This document shows positions 30,319-40,729 of a stretch of 64,000 bases of DNA, piece by piece. How positions within the stretch are numbered: position 1 is the first letter of the stretch; every line of letters begins with the position of its first letter. The notes beneath the pieces were generated by a model. It did not search any database and had not been told where the DNA came from. It saw nothing but the letters and a program-made list of their open reading frames with translations. Position numbers and translations under genes: made by a program. Origin of the DNA: Amoebidium appalachense (lineage: Eukaryota; Protista; Ichthyosporea); the NCBI GenBank assembly GCA_963693365.1, contig CAVNZM010000004.1:14010524-14074523 (forward strand). The letters are read 5' to 3'.

Positions 30319-30774
30319 TCCCCACTTAAGACTTGGAAGTTTGTGTTATCATATCCCCACTGAACTAGTGAAATCTCCCCACTTGAGAACAGAAACGGAA
30401 AAAAAAAAAATTAAAGTGTGTACTTTTCCCGGGGGGGGGGGGGGGGGGGGGGAGAAGGGGGGGGGGGGAGGGGGGAGAAGGGGGGGGGGGGGGGGAGGGG
30501 GGGGGGGAAGGGGGGGGGGGAAGGGGGGGGGGGGGAAGGGGGGGGGGGAGGGGGGAAGGAACCGGGGCAAAAACAACGAATATATATAACGTGTATAGGC
30601 GGTGTTTGATTAACTGGGTTTTAAACCAGTGAAAGATAGAGTAGAGTGATGGTACAGGTCAAACCTTATATATAAACCCTAAGTGGGCATACCCACAAAG
30701 GCAATACATATGATATAATGATGTTGATAAAGTAAGTAGTACACATGAGAAAATCACGCTTGAAGTAGGTCGGG

Positions 30775-33700
30775 TCAATCCACAATATCCGGTAAACAAA
30801 GTCGAGCACGATGGTGGACATGACTCGGGCCGGGGAGGGGTTTGGTGAGTATGTCAGCTAAGTTGTGGGCTGACTCAACGTAGTGGACAACCACGTCCCC
30901 ACTGGCAATGTAGTCCTTGGTGTTGTGATACCGGACGGCAATGTGTTTGGTACGGTGCTTGATGCCGGTGGAGTTGACGATGGCAATGGTCGACTGGTTG
31001 TCACAGTACACCGGAGTCGGAGCAAGCATGGGACAGCCGAGTTCCTTGAAGAGGTCACGGACCCAAGCAACTTCTTGGGTGCCAGCATTGAGAGCAATCA
31101 GCTCAGCTTCAGTGGTGCTGGTGGCCGTGATGGGCTGGAGCTTGGAGTACCAGATGACGGGCATACCAGCAAACACGATAATGTAGCCGGTGGTAGACTT
31201 CTTGCTGTCGGCACAACCAGCAAAGTCAGCATCCGTGTAGCATTCGAGTATGGGGGACTGGGTGGCCGAGTACTTGTAGTCAATGCCAAGGGCAATGGTG
31301 CCGAGCAGGTACCGGGCCACACGACGGAGAAGGTCCCAGTGAGTCTTGCCGGGGTTGGTGCTGAACCGACCAAGGAAGCCGATGGCATAGGCAATGTCGG
31401 GACGTGTGCACCGTGCCACCCAGAGGAGACGGCCGAGTAACTCACGGTAGGGCACGGTGAACGGTTGGGGGGGGCAATCAGCCAGGGAGACGGTGGTGCC
31501 TGCAGGGATGGGGGTAGACTTGGACTTGGCATCGGTGAGGTTGAAGTCGTGGATGATATCCATGATGTAAGACCTCTGGTGCATGTGGAGGTGATGGGGA
31601 TCAGAGTGATTAAAATCAACACCGAGCATACGGTCAAATGGACTCATACGACAGCTGGCCATCTTGCTGATGTGGGCAGCCAGGTCACTGGCAGCAGTAG
31701 AACCCCGGGTGTTGGTGATGGTGGAGTCATCGACGTAGTTACCAGCCCGTACCACATCGTTGTTGGGGAAGAACCGGAGGTAGATGCACGGGTCGGTCTT
31801 AGTACGGGTCAGGCCATGGGCAAGAAGAATGCCGTCGAGGAAGTCGTACCAAGCCTTGGAGGCTTGCTTGAGGCCGTACAGGGCTTTCTTGAGTCTCCAG
31901 ACCTTGCCAAGTGTGGCCATGGTGATGAATCCCGGGGGTTGTTTCATGTAGATGGTCTCGGTGAGTGGGCTGTTGAGAAAGGCCGTAGACACGTCGAGTT
32001 GATGTATGTCATGACCTTCAACAACGGCCAGAGCTAGGATGGCACGGAGAGCAGCCGGACGGATGACAGGGCTCTCAATCAACTCATAGTCAACACCGTA
32101 TTGCTGACTGAAGCCTTGAGCAACACCACGTGCCTTGATCTTGGTGTCACCAGCCGAGTTGAGAGTTTTCTCGGAGACAATCCACTTGAAGCCGACGATG
32201 TTAGCACCAGGGGGAGGGTCAACAAGTTCAAAGATGTCTTTGTCGACGAAGGCTTGATACTCAGCAGTCAGGGCTGACTTGACCTGATCACCATTGGGTC
32301 CGGAACAGAGTTGACGGACAAGTTTGGGTAGTTGGTCGATGTTGATGGGGGGACCGGGGGGGACTGGCAGGGTGGTGGTGGCTTGAAGTCCAACCTTGCC
32401 CTGGAGACGGGCAGAACGACGGGGTGCAGGAACCGGGGTAGGTGGAGACGGTGGGGGGGGAACTTGGAAGTTCGGAAGTGCAGGGGGGGCAACCTCCGGG
32501 CTGGACGGGGCCGAGTGGAAGTTGTCGGGGGAGCCGGGTCGGATGGGTGTGACGTTGCCAGGGCCAGGATGAGGGTCGGCAGGCTGGACGGGCACGGGGG
32601 CAGGGGGGCCGGTGGGGGGGGGTGTCGGGGGAACGACGATGGCAGGAGGGGGGCCAGAGTACACCAGACAAACATCATCTTCAGTGTCAACTGTGGGGGG
32701 TGGGGTGGTCGAGGTAGCAGTGGTGTCGGGGGTCGGAAGGGTTGATGGAATGTCGGACGGGAGATAAGCTGATTCGTCGAAAATCACATCACGGAAGAGG
32801 CCGACACGATGGGTGGTGGCATTGAAGATCCGGTGGCAGTGTGATTGAAGATCATAGCCGATATACATGCCGAGTTTGACGGTGGGGGCCAGCTTGTTCC
32901 GTTTAGAGGCTGGCACGTGAGTGTAGGCAGGGCAACCGAACACTTTGAGCTCGGAGATGTCGGGCTTGACACCGTAGAAAACCTCGAATGGTGTACGACC
33001 ATTGGCAGTCGTGGACGGGGTGACGTTGATGATGTAGGCGGCATGTTGGAGGGCCTCAGCCCACAGTTTGGGAGACAGAGACTGATCTTGGACTTGATGG
33101 AGGAGGCAACGGACAATCTCTTGGAGGAACCGCATACGTCGTTCAACATAGCCGTTCAGTTGAGGGCAGTCCACCGGAGCATAGCTGGCCTTGATGCCCT
33201 GGGAGAGGCAAAAAGCACGGGTATCCTTGGAGGTGAACTCAGAGCCGGAGTCGAAGTGGTAAACACCAACTCTGGAGGGGGCATGGGTGGCAACGAGGTT
33301 GGTGTGAGCTGTGAGAATATCCAGGGTGGTGGTACGGTCGGCCATCGGGTAGATCTTGACGAGGCCAGAGGCACGGCAGACAGTGACGAGAGCAACCTTG
33401 GAACCTCCGTACGATGTTGTGGTAGGCTCAAAAAAATCCCAATGCCATTCATGACCGGGGATGTTGGAGTGAGGACGGTCACCCCTGAACGGAGCCTTGG
33501 TGGTCTTACCCATAATGCAGCCATGACAATCAGGAACATCACAGGCGAGGACAGAGGAGGGGAGACCAATAACAAGGTCGTGTTTCACCATGTCCTTGAT
33601 GCTGGTCATAGCTCGGTGCCCCAGACGATGGTGCCAGATGGATGGGTTAACACTGGTAGTGGCAGCCAGAGCCACAGGACGAGTGGGTGGTTGAATGGTG

Positions 33701-34446
33701 TAGTCCTTGAAGTAATACAGACCGTTGTGTAGACGGAGGTTGACGAGATGACGGCCGGTGAGTCGGTCGAAGAGGAATGACGGAGTGGAGGCATCGTTCA
33801 AATCACCCTTGATGTATTCGGCAGCAGCTTGGGATGTTGAAATGAGGAAGGCTTGGCCAGACGGGGTGTAGTAGGCTTCAATGGTTAGGGTGTTAGTGCC
33901 ATGGTCGGTGGTGGTGTTGATGACGATATGGCCGGTGTGAGTGGCCAAGACGGGGGTGCCATTGAAGGCAGCAACGGGAGTCGGTGTCGGAAGGGGAGTG
34001 AGGTCATGGAAGAACTCACGGGTGGGGCAAACAGTCATGTTGCACCCGGAATCCCAGGCAGGGTCGGAGGACACGGGGACGGAGCTAGCATTGTATGCCG
34101 AGAAAGCAAAGGAGACAGATTTCTCACTGCCTTGACGGGAACGGTTGTGTCTGGACATACGGCATTTCGGCTCAGGGCAATCGATGATCGTGTGATCAGG
34201 CTCGTGGCAGTAGGAGCATTCTTTCACGGACGGGGTGTTAGAACGAGCCGGGGAATCAGAACGACGGGAACCCGAGAAACGGGAACGACTGGGGGAACGA
34301 GACGTGGACCGGAAGGCAGGCCGGTGGGGGGAACGGGATCGGGTGTGCTGACGGGAGAGACGAGTTCGGAGGTCCGTGCCAGAGGTACGGTCAAGTCGGG
34401 TGCGTAAGTCACGGCGAGGAAGATCACGGGGGGGGAGCACTGGCAT
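30775..34446 (-). CDS. pol: Copia polyprotein: zinc knuckle, protease, integrase, reverse transcriptase, RNase H
   Basis: CSYCHEPDHTIIDC knuckle; WDSGC protease; WHHRLGH...CHGC; FDSG...ERRMR integrase; QLDVSTAFL, ALYGLKQA, YVDD RT; YTDADFA, DNQS, ADILTK RNase H. Confidence 0.97.
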   Translation of the reverse strand: MPVLPPRDLPRRDLRTRLDRTSGTDLRTRLSRQHTRSRSPHRPAFRSTSRSPSRSRFSGSRRSDSPARSNTPSVKECSYCHEPDHTIIDCPEPKCRMSRHNRSRQGSEKSVSFAFSAYNASSVPVSSDPAWDSGCNMTVCPTREFFHDLTPLPTPTPVAAFNGTPVLATHTGHIVINTTTDHGTNTLTIEAYYTPSGQAFLISTSQAAAEYIKGDLNDASTPSFLFDRLTGRHLVNLRLHNGLYYFKDYTIQPPTRPVALAATTSVNPSIWHHRLGHRAMTSIKDMVKHDLVIGLPSSVLACDVPDCHGCIMGKTTKAPFRGDRPHSNIPGHEWHWDFFEPTTTSYGGSKVALVTVCRASGLVKIYPMADRTTTLDILTAHTNLVATHAPSRVGVYHFDSGSEFTSKDTRAFCLSQGIKASYAPVDCPQLNGYVERRMRFLQEIVRCLLHQVQDQSLSPKLWAEALQHAAYIINVTPSTTANGRTPFEVFYGVKPDISELKVFGCPAYTHVPASKRNKLAPTVKLGMYIGYDLQSHCHRIFNATTHRVGLFRDVIFDESAYLPSDIPSTLPTPDTTATSTTPPPTVDTEDDVCLVYSGPPPAIVVPPTPPPTGPPAPVPVQPADPHPGPGNVTPIRPGSPDNFHSAPSSPEVAPPALPNFQVPPPPSPPTPVPAPRRSARLQGKVGLQATTTLPVPPGPPINIDQLPKLVRQLCSGPNGDQVKSALTAEYQAFVDKDIFELVDPPPGANIVGFKWIVSEKTLNSAGDTKIKARGVAQGFSQQYGVDYELIESPVIRPAALRAILALAVVEGHDIHQLDVSTAFLNSPLTETIYMKQPPGFITMATLGKVWRLKKALYGLKQASKAWYDFLDGILLAHGLTRTKTDPCIYLRFFPNNDVVRAGNYVDDSTITNTRGSTAASDLAAHISKMASCRMSPFDRMLGVDFNHSDPHHLHMHQRSYIMDIIHDFNLTDAKSKSTPIPAGTTVSLADCPPQPFTVPYRELLGRLLWVARCTRPDIAYAIGFLGRFSTNPGKTHWDLLRRVARYLLGTIALGIDYKYSATQSPILECYTDADFAGCADSKKSTTGYIIVFAGMPVIWYSKLQPITATSTTEAELIALNAGTQEVAWVRDLFKELGCPMLAPTPVYCDNQSTIAIVNSTGIKHRTKHIAVRYHNTKDYIASGDVVVHYVESAHNLADILTKPLPGPSHVHHRARLCLPDIVD

Positions 34447-35182
34447 TTAATGCCATGCTGGACTTGGAGGCACGGTGGGCACGGTTGTTCCGGAGTTGCA
34501 TCTTGAGGTCTTGACGTAACTCGATGCCCTTGACGTGGTTATGGAGGGACTCGAAGTCGGGGAATAGCTTATCACCGAAGTGATAGTCTTCGATAAGACG
34601 ATTGAACTCAGGGGTGAGGTCGTCTCTGGTGGTGAGTTCATTGAAGAACTTCTCAGCTAGACGAGTGAAGTGAATGGACTCATCTTGGAGAGACTGGAGC
34701 TGGTTCACGATGGTCTGCAGACGGCTCAGGTAGGTGGTGAATGATTCACCGGGCTGAAGGGCACAGGCATCCCACTGACGGTGAAGGATGCGGATCTGAT
34801 CGGGTTTGCCTTGGAGATAGTGTTGACGGAATTTCCACATGGCCCGTTCAGGGTCCATGCCAATACGGTACTGGGCAACGGTGGTGAGGACGGAAGGGTC
34901 GATGTTCTGTATCATATGGAGCAGGAGGCAATTGCGGGCCTCTTTGAGTTCCGCGGTAGTGCCGTAGCCATAGAAGGGGGGTTCACCGTCAACCGCGACG
35001 GTGGTAGGGGCGACGTAGTTGTCAGCAAGGACAACATCCACGAGTCGGACACCTTTAGTGCCGGTCATCATGCCGAGAAAAATGATTTCCCATTGAAAAT
35101 AGGTAGTTTTGCTATCGGGACCAGTCTTCCCTTCACCTTTCCACATGGTGATTTTGTTTACGCCAGTTTTGTTTGGATCCAT
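34424..35182 (-). CDS. gag: Copia Gag (capsid region), separated from the rest of the polyprotein by a frameshift at a G8 run (34428-34435)
   Basis: Starts just after the PBS. YFQWE...LQPGESFTTYLSRLQTIVNQL resembles Copia gag. The frame break is at a homopolymer. Confidence 0.88.
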   Translation of the reverse strand: MDPNKTGVNKITMWKGEGKTGPDSKTTYFQWEIIFLGMMTGTKGVRLVDVVLADNYVAPTTVAVDGEPPFYGYGTTAELKEARNCLLLHMIQNIDPSVLTTVAQYRIGMDPERAMWKFRQHYLQGKPDQIRILHRQWDACALQPGESFTTYLSRLQTIVNQLQSLQDESIHFTRLAEKFFNELTTRDDLTPEFNRLIEDYHFGDKLFPDFESLHNHVKGIELRQDLKMQLRNNRAHRASKSSMALNASAPPP

Positions 35183-35245
35183 GATTGAAAAACGAGCGCG
35201 AGTTCTAGATGTGTGTAGGGAGCGTGCAAAAAGGGCTGCATAACC

Positions 35246-36171
35246 TGTTAATTTCTATAAGTATTTTGGGATGAAAGCAGAGACACAGTGGTGCAGTGTG
35301 AAAACACCACAGACACACACAACAACAAAACACGGAACGATCGGAGCAGTGTACACAACAGACATCAATGTTTAGACACGACTGAACTGAATTTATTCTG
35401 ATCTTCGAATAAATACCTGAAATTCCTCTAAGTCCAATCCATACATGATTTCCGACCAGTCGGAAATCAGATCCATCTCTAATAGAAACCAATCACTAAG
35501 AACCAATTGCTTTCAGAGAGATCCGGTACGCGGAGGCGTACACGATAGGACACAGACACTAGTTAAGATCAACTCGTGTCATCATCAAGGAAGTTCTAAC
35601 CTATGACATACTGCAAAGACTCAGACATATCACACTTAACCTTGATGATTGGTTAAAGCCCGGCAACACATGAAAACTAAAGTGAATTAATGAAGTCTAA
35701 ACACACATGCTATTCTAAGTGTAGCCTAAGTGTGTTACCGTCCAATGAACACGTATTAAGTAACACAAATCTACCTAACATATATTAGTAGAAAAGAAAT
35801 ACGATTATACACATGAAGACAAGGAGAGAAAGAAAAGAAAATAAGGAAGGAGAAAGAGGAAGGAAAAGAGAGCACAGATCAACAAACAAGATAGTAATAG
35901 CATAACTATAACCAGAGATATTTATGTACACACGAACATGTACACGTCTCTCCCTGAGTGGGTGGATCCGTGTACACACATATAAATATTCTAATCGATA
36001 TTACAATACACGATTAAAGCCGATACAACACGATTACAAGTATACAAGCATATCGGAGATCGATGCTACACTTTACATAATAGGAGTGTGGCATTTACAC
36101 TAAGCATATGAACTGAAACATAACACAAACTGAGAAGATCTTACCATATGTAAATACTACGTATTACAACA
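35246..36171 (-). repeat. 5' LTR of Copia element (926 bp)
   Basis: Direct repeat of 29393-30318; followed on the minus strand by the PBS. Confidence 0.96.
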
Positions 36172-37824
36172 CTTTTTCGTGGCCAAAATAGCTGCAGAAT
36201 CGGCGTGCAAATTTTTTGCTTCGTCTTTTCGTTGTTTTGCGCTGCCGTTGCGTTTGGCGGGTTTCGTAGAGGGGGGCATTTTTGCGTGAATTCGTTTTAG
36301 TAATTCTGAATCCTCCTTCGAGGTGCCCAGCATTCGCGTGAGTGGTTCAGCCGTATGGCTGAAATCGTCCACAAATATTCGATAATATGAAAATAACCCG
36401 AGGTCACTTCGTAGCTCAGATAAATTTTGTGGGTAGCTTTTATTCTTTATTGCTGCCACTTTTTCTGGGTCTACCTTAATACCATCCGGGCATACGCGAT
36501 GGCCTAAATAGCCAACTTCTTCCATGAACAAAGAGCATTTTCTGCCTTTCAGTTTTAATCCTGCATCACAGAGCCGGGAAAAACATGAATCTAAATGCCC
36601 AAAATGTTCTTCGATAGTGGGTGACATAACTAATATATCATCGAGATATATGAGTACATGTGTCCACAGCATACCAGCGAATACACGGTTCATCATCCTT
36701 GAAAAGACAGCAGGCATGTTACTTACTCCAAAAGGTGCGCGTGCGAATTGATACTGCCCCCAGGGGGTGGTAAATGCAAGTTTTTCTTTGTCGTTATCGG
36801 CTACTTTGACTTGGTGGTAACCACCGTTTAAATCCAGTGCGGAAAACACGCGGGCACCTCTGAGCATACCCAGAGCCATGTCAATTCGTGGTAAAGGGTA
36901 ACCGTCTTTCTTCGTAATCAAGTTCAGCATTCTAAAATCAATGCAGACTCTTAAAGACCCGTCCTTTTTCGCCACCAACACCATCGGAGCGGAGTAAGGG
37001 CTGGACGCAGGCTCAATCACTCCAAACTCTACCCAATTTTGAATTTGTTTGTGTAGGCTATCGCGAAGGTGATGTGGGATGTTATAGGGCCTGCGGTACT
37101 GTGGTATGGTGGTAGTTACTTCGATCGACAGTTCGTCTAAGGTACTCAAACCAAAGCCGTTGTCGTGTGCAGAGAACACATGCTTCCATTTCTTAAGCAG
37201 TTTTCGTATCCGTTTCGCCAACGGTTTCCGTTGGTCTGGGGGAGTTCCAGGCATGTCGTATTCTTCTGGAGGTTTGACCCCAAAAGGCAAGTCGTCGTCT
37301 GTGGCGGCTTCCCCGTCGGAGGTACATTCGTGCGTACGCTTTCGTAAATTATTCGTATCCTCCAGTGCAGTGGTAGATGGTGCCCCATCTGCTGCTTCGA
37401 TAGTAGGTGGCCCTACCTCTGGTTTTGTTCGTGCTGGATTACCAAAACCATTCATTTTCGTGGAACTGCGCTGTGTGGTGTTCTCTTTCGTACTCATATT
37501 CATAATTTTACTCCGTTCACACACCTTAATACTACCGTTAATATTAGTAGCCGCCTGGAAAGTGTGTGGTTCGTGTTCGGTGGGTTCTTCGGTTGATTCC
37601 TGCGAAGAAAAGTTCGTTTTAGCAGAGGTACCTAATGGATGGCCAGGGTGTGGGGTTGTCGCCCTCCTGGTTCCATTACCGGAGTGTGGACGTGCTAAAA
37701 GAGTAACAGTGTCATCTGATTGCAAGGGAATAAACATGGCCACCTCCGTACCAGGGCCTAGGTACACATGATGGTCCGATGTGTTAGTCAACAACACCTT
37801 GCATTCGTATTCGTCCTCGATCAC
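36172..37824 (-). CDS. pol: Element A pol, spacer and reverse transcriptase; cut by the Copia insertion
   Basis: SPYSAPMVLVAKKDGSLRVCIDFR, YPLPRID, ALDLNGGYHQV, APFG, YLDDILV, YLGH. Confidence 0.95.
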
Positions 37825-38471
37825 ACTTTCTTCGCTAGTGGAGAGGGGGGTTCAAGAAGTTCGTTATTCGAAATTCGAGCTAAACTGGTGACACTGCATG
37901 CTGTTGTGTAAGCCCGTGAATTAAGTGGACCACATGGAACCACTGTGCCCATACAACAGTCTAAAGTTCGTGGTGGTGGTGCGCCGGCAGCGAGTTTTAT
38001 TTTACACGTTGCGATATTTGACGCATCTACCGGGAGGTGAATACCTGTGGTGGTAATTAATACGCGAGAAACAGCTGTCTCCTCCGCACTCCCACGCAAC
38101 CACCACACCGGAATACTGCACCTGCGATTTCCCTTAGCATACATGAACGAAAGTTCTGCAGCACCGTAATCAATTCGTCCCTGTTGTGGCCCCATGAAAT
38201 CAACACCTAATAAGGCATCATATGGTAGATTATCAATCACATGCCATCTGTGCACCACTAGAGCAGATTCGTTGGGAATGGCGAGAGTGAGAGATATACT
38301 TCCTTGGCATGTCATTTCGTTACTTTGTGCATCCAGTACACTAAAATTAGGAACATGCTGAATTCGTTTTCTTGCCACTACAGGGAGAGATTCGTAAAAT
38401 GCTGTGCTTATACAGCTATGGCTAGCACCAGAGTCGACAACTACTGTGACTAGCTTCCCATGCACATACAT
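37821..38471 (-). CDS. pol: Element A aspartic protease
   Basis: VVVDSGASHSCIS active site and ALLGVDFM motif. Frameshift to the RT frame at a G6 run (37845-37850). Confidence 0.92.
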   Translation of the reverse strand: MYVHGKLVTVVVDSGASHSCISTAFYESLPVVARKRIQHVPNFSVLDAQSNEMTCQGSISLTLAIPNESALVVHRWHVIDNLPYDALLGVDFMGPQQGRIDYGAAELSFMYAKGNRRCSIPVWWLRGSAEETAVSRVLITTTGIHLPVDASNIATCKIKLAAGAPPPRTLDCCMGTVVPCGPLNSRAYTTACSVTSLARISNNELLEPPSPLAKKV

Positions 38472-38822
38472 TCGCGCAAGTGTGGCTGTTCATTTATTTT
38501 CGTGGGTTAATGTGCACACAGTGGCATTTTCATGCCGTGGTTCTGCAATGGAGGAGTGCACACGGTCAGCAAAATGCACATTTTTCTTTTTGCGCGGGGG
38601 CGGGGTGTGCGTGTGCATGGGGGGGTCAGTACACGGGGGTAACTGTTCGTGGGGGGGTGGGGCACATGCAGATTCGTGGGAGGGCTCCGAGACAACAGAA
38701 ATTTCCGCACCAGTAGATTTATTTTGCAATTTATCTGCCAGAGGGGAACACAGTTCCAGTTCTGCTATTAAATCAAATACATTATGTTCTACTGGGGAGA
38801 GACCAGTCCCTTGCCCGCCTTC

Positions 38823-39856
38823 CTATTCTACACGTGCTCTCTTGAACTTGGCCCGATTAGCCTCAATCTCTGCCTTGCGGGTTCCCTTCTTAAAGTTGGG
38901 GTCGTACTTGGGGCAAATTGGTGACCCCCCAAAGTGCCCCTTCTGCTTGCAGGAGTGGCATTCGAATTTGAGGGCCGGGCACGTCTTGCCTTCGGCGTGG
39001 CTGCCGTACTTGCACCCACGGTTGCAGGGGGTGGTGCCCATGCGCGAAAAAATAGACGGCTTCTCGCTGGCACCAGATCCACCACCGGGTTGCTGTTTTG
39101 TGGGGGGTTTCTGTGTTAGAATGGTGGATGGGGTTCGTGTGTGCCTGTCTCTTTCTTTTTCTGCGAGATAGGCAACAACTCCAGACAGGGTCAATTCTTC
39201 TTCTTTTCGTGTTTGTCTGAGTTGATATTTGCGAAATTCTTGTTCGTCTTCCCCACCCAATCGGTGAGACAAATCCAAAATTTGGTGTGCCTCAGACTTA
39301 AGGGGGTACACACGTGCCCACAAACGCGCATGCCTGCTTGCAAATTCGGCCACCTTTTGCTTGCCTTGTTTGAGTGCATTTAATTCGGCACTGAGTGCCT
39401 CTTGCACACGCTGGTCGTGAAATTTCGTAACTAGTGCATGTGCAAATGCATCAAACGTGAGTTCTCCCTGTGTCCTGGTAAAATTCGTGTACCACACACG
39501 GGCGGGGGAAGCAAGAGGAAAGCACTGCACCGCCCAGCGAACAGCAAGTGTGGGGGGACCCCTGCAATGCAAAACATCTGCTGGGAAAATTCGTGCAGCC
39601 ATTCAATCACCGTGCATTTATCCTGCAAGTCACCCTTGTATTCTGGTAGTTTCAATGCAGCCAAGATGGGGCCGTATTCGGATGCATGCAACTGGCGGAG
39701 AGGGTGCAACCACAGTTTTTCGTGCTCTGCAAAGTGCTTGTTCAATATAGACCCAGCCTTACCTCCTGAGCCTGTGCTGACATCAGAGCCTCTCGGGCGA
39801 CTTGGCGTGCCTGCCAGTCCACCTGCAGACGCCAGAGGGGATCCTGCAAGGGGGAT
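38823..39856 (-). CDS. gag: Element A Gag, C-terminal part (capsid and zinc knuckles) with an internal frameshift near 39555
   Basis: LPEYKGD...EWLHEF then, in the -1 frame, ARVWY...LKQGKQKVAEF; CHSCKQKGHFGGSPIC knuckle; TAG at 38825-38823. In frame with 43455-44417 once element B is removed (FNEIPLAGSP). Confidence 0.88.
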
Positions 39857-40336
39857 TGTAAACAGTTGGACTAGTTAGGATAAGGCAGAGTACAACTGAA
39901 TCAAAATAAAGACAGAGAACGGGTAGAAAGGCACACGCGGCCAGGTTGCTTTTACTATGGGCCGACTCAGTCTGTCTCAGACTTCACTGATGTGATCCCC
40001 GTACTGGGACGGCTTTCTTATATAGCCCCCAGGTTTCGGATCAAGGCCCAGGATTGGTTCATCCGCGGCCAGCGCGGGTGGCAACATGCCATTCGTGATT
40101 CTGGTGCGGTCCGAGCCAGTCAGACCTTCGTCCTATTTATGCAAACCTCTTATTGGTTCACTTCGTTTATGTGGTATGCAGCGGAAGAACCATATATGGT
40201 TCAATTCTTAGGTCAGAGTGAGTCCTATTGGTGCGGACATAATATTTATGTGATATTCATGACAAAGCACGAATCGTGTGCTAGTAGATCACATTCTTTA
40301 GTAAACATGTACAGTTCATGTGTACAGTTGTTTACA
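39857..40336 (-). repeat. 3' LTR of element B (480 bp)
   Basis: TGTAAACA...TGTTTACA, direct repeat of 42970-43449. Confidence 0.96.
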
Positions 40337-40729
40337 CTCCCCCCTTGTCGGGAGCCTGGTGGTGTCGTTAGACAAGCAAACCACCAGGCTGAGAGGCGAT
40401 AAACAACCTTCAGCGAGAATTCTTGTGTGTGCCGAGCTGCTGGACAGAACAGAGCAAGGACGGTGGAATAGAGTTGTGCACGTCTATGAGCACTTCTTCA
40501 TTTGCCAAAACGTAAATTCATGCAGCATTCTTCTGTGATTTCATTTTCGTGGCGAAGATTGTTGCAGAGTGTGCGTGCGAATAATTCGCTAAGCCTTCGT
40601 CTCTGTGCTTGGCTTTTCTGTAGAAGTAGTATTTTCCTTTTTGGGAATTTTTCCTTTTTAGGATACTCCCGCAGATTCGTTTTCAATTGCGAGTAATTTG
40701 GTTGTGTGGATGAATGATCATACCAAACA

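Larger units (their letters stand above)
29393..36171 (-). mobile_element. Ty1/Copia LTR retrotransposon inserted in pol of element A
   Basis: 926-bp LTRs with no difference seen; TSD CTTTT (29388-29392 and 36172-36176); PBS GGTTATGCAGCCC abutting the 5' LTR; PPT AAGTGGGGA at 30319-30327; domain order gag-PR-IN-RT-RH. Confidence 0.97.

Noticed and set aside
37730-37824. dUTPase domain in element A (KVLLTNTSDHHVYLGPGTEVAMF)
   Set aside because: It resembles only one dUTPase-like strand motif often seen between Gypsy protease and RT. The other catalytic motifs are not visible.
34424-39560. Frame breaks at 34428-34435, 37845-37850 and ~39552-39557 as programmed ribosomal frameshifts
   Set aside because: All three fall at G6-G8 homopolymers without canonical slippery heptamers, and element B's homologous spacer reads through the second site in frame. 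Sequencing error or slippage mutation is more likely.
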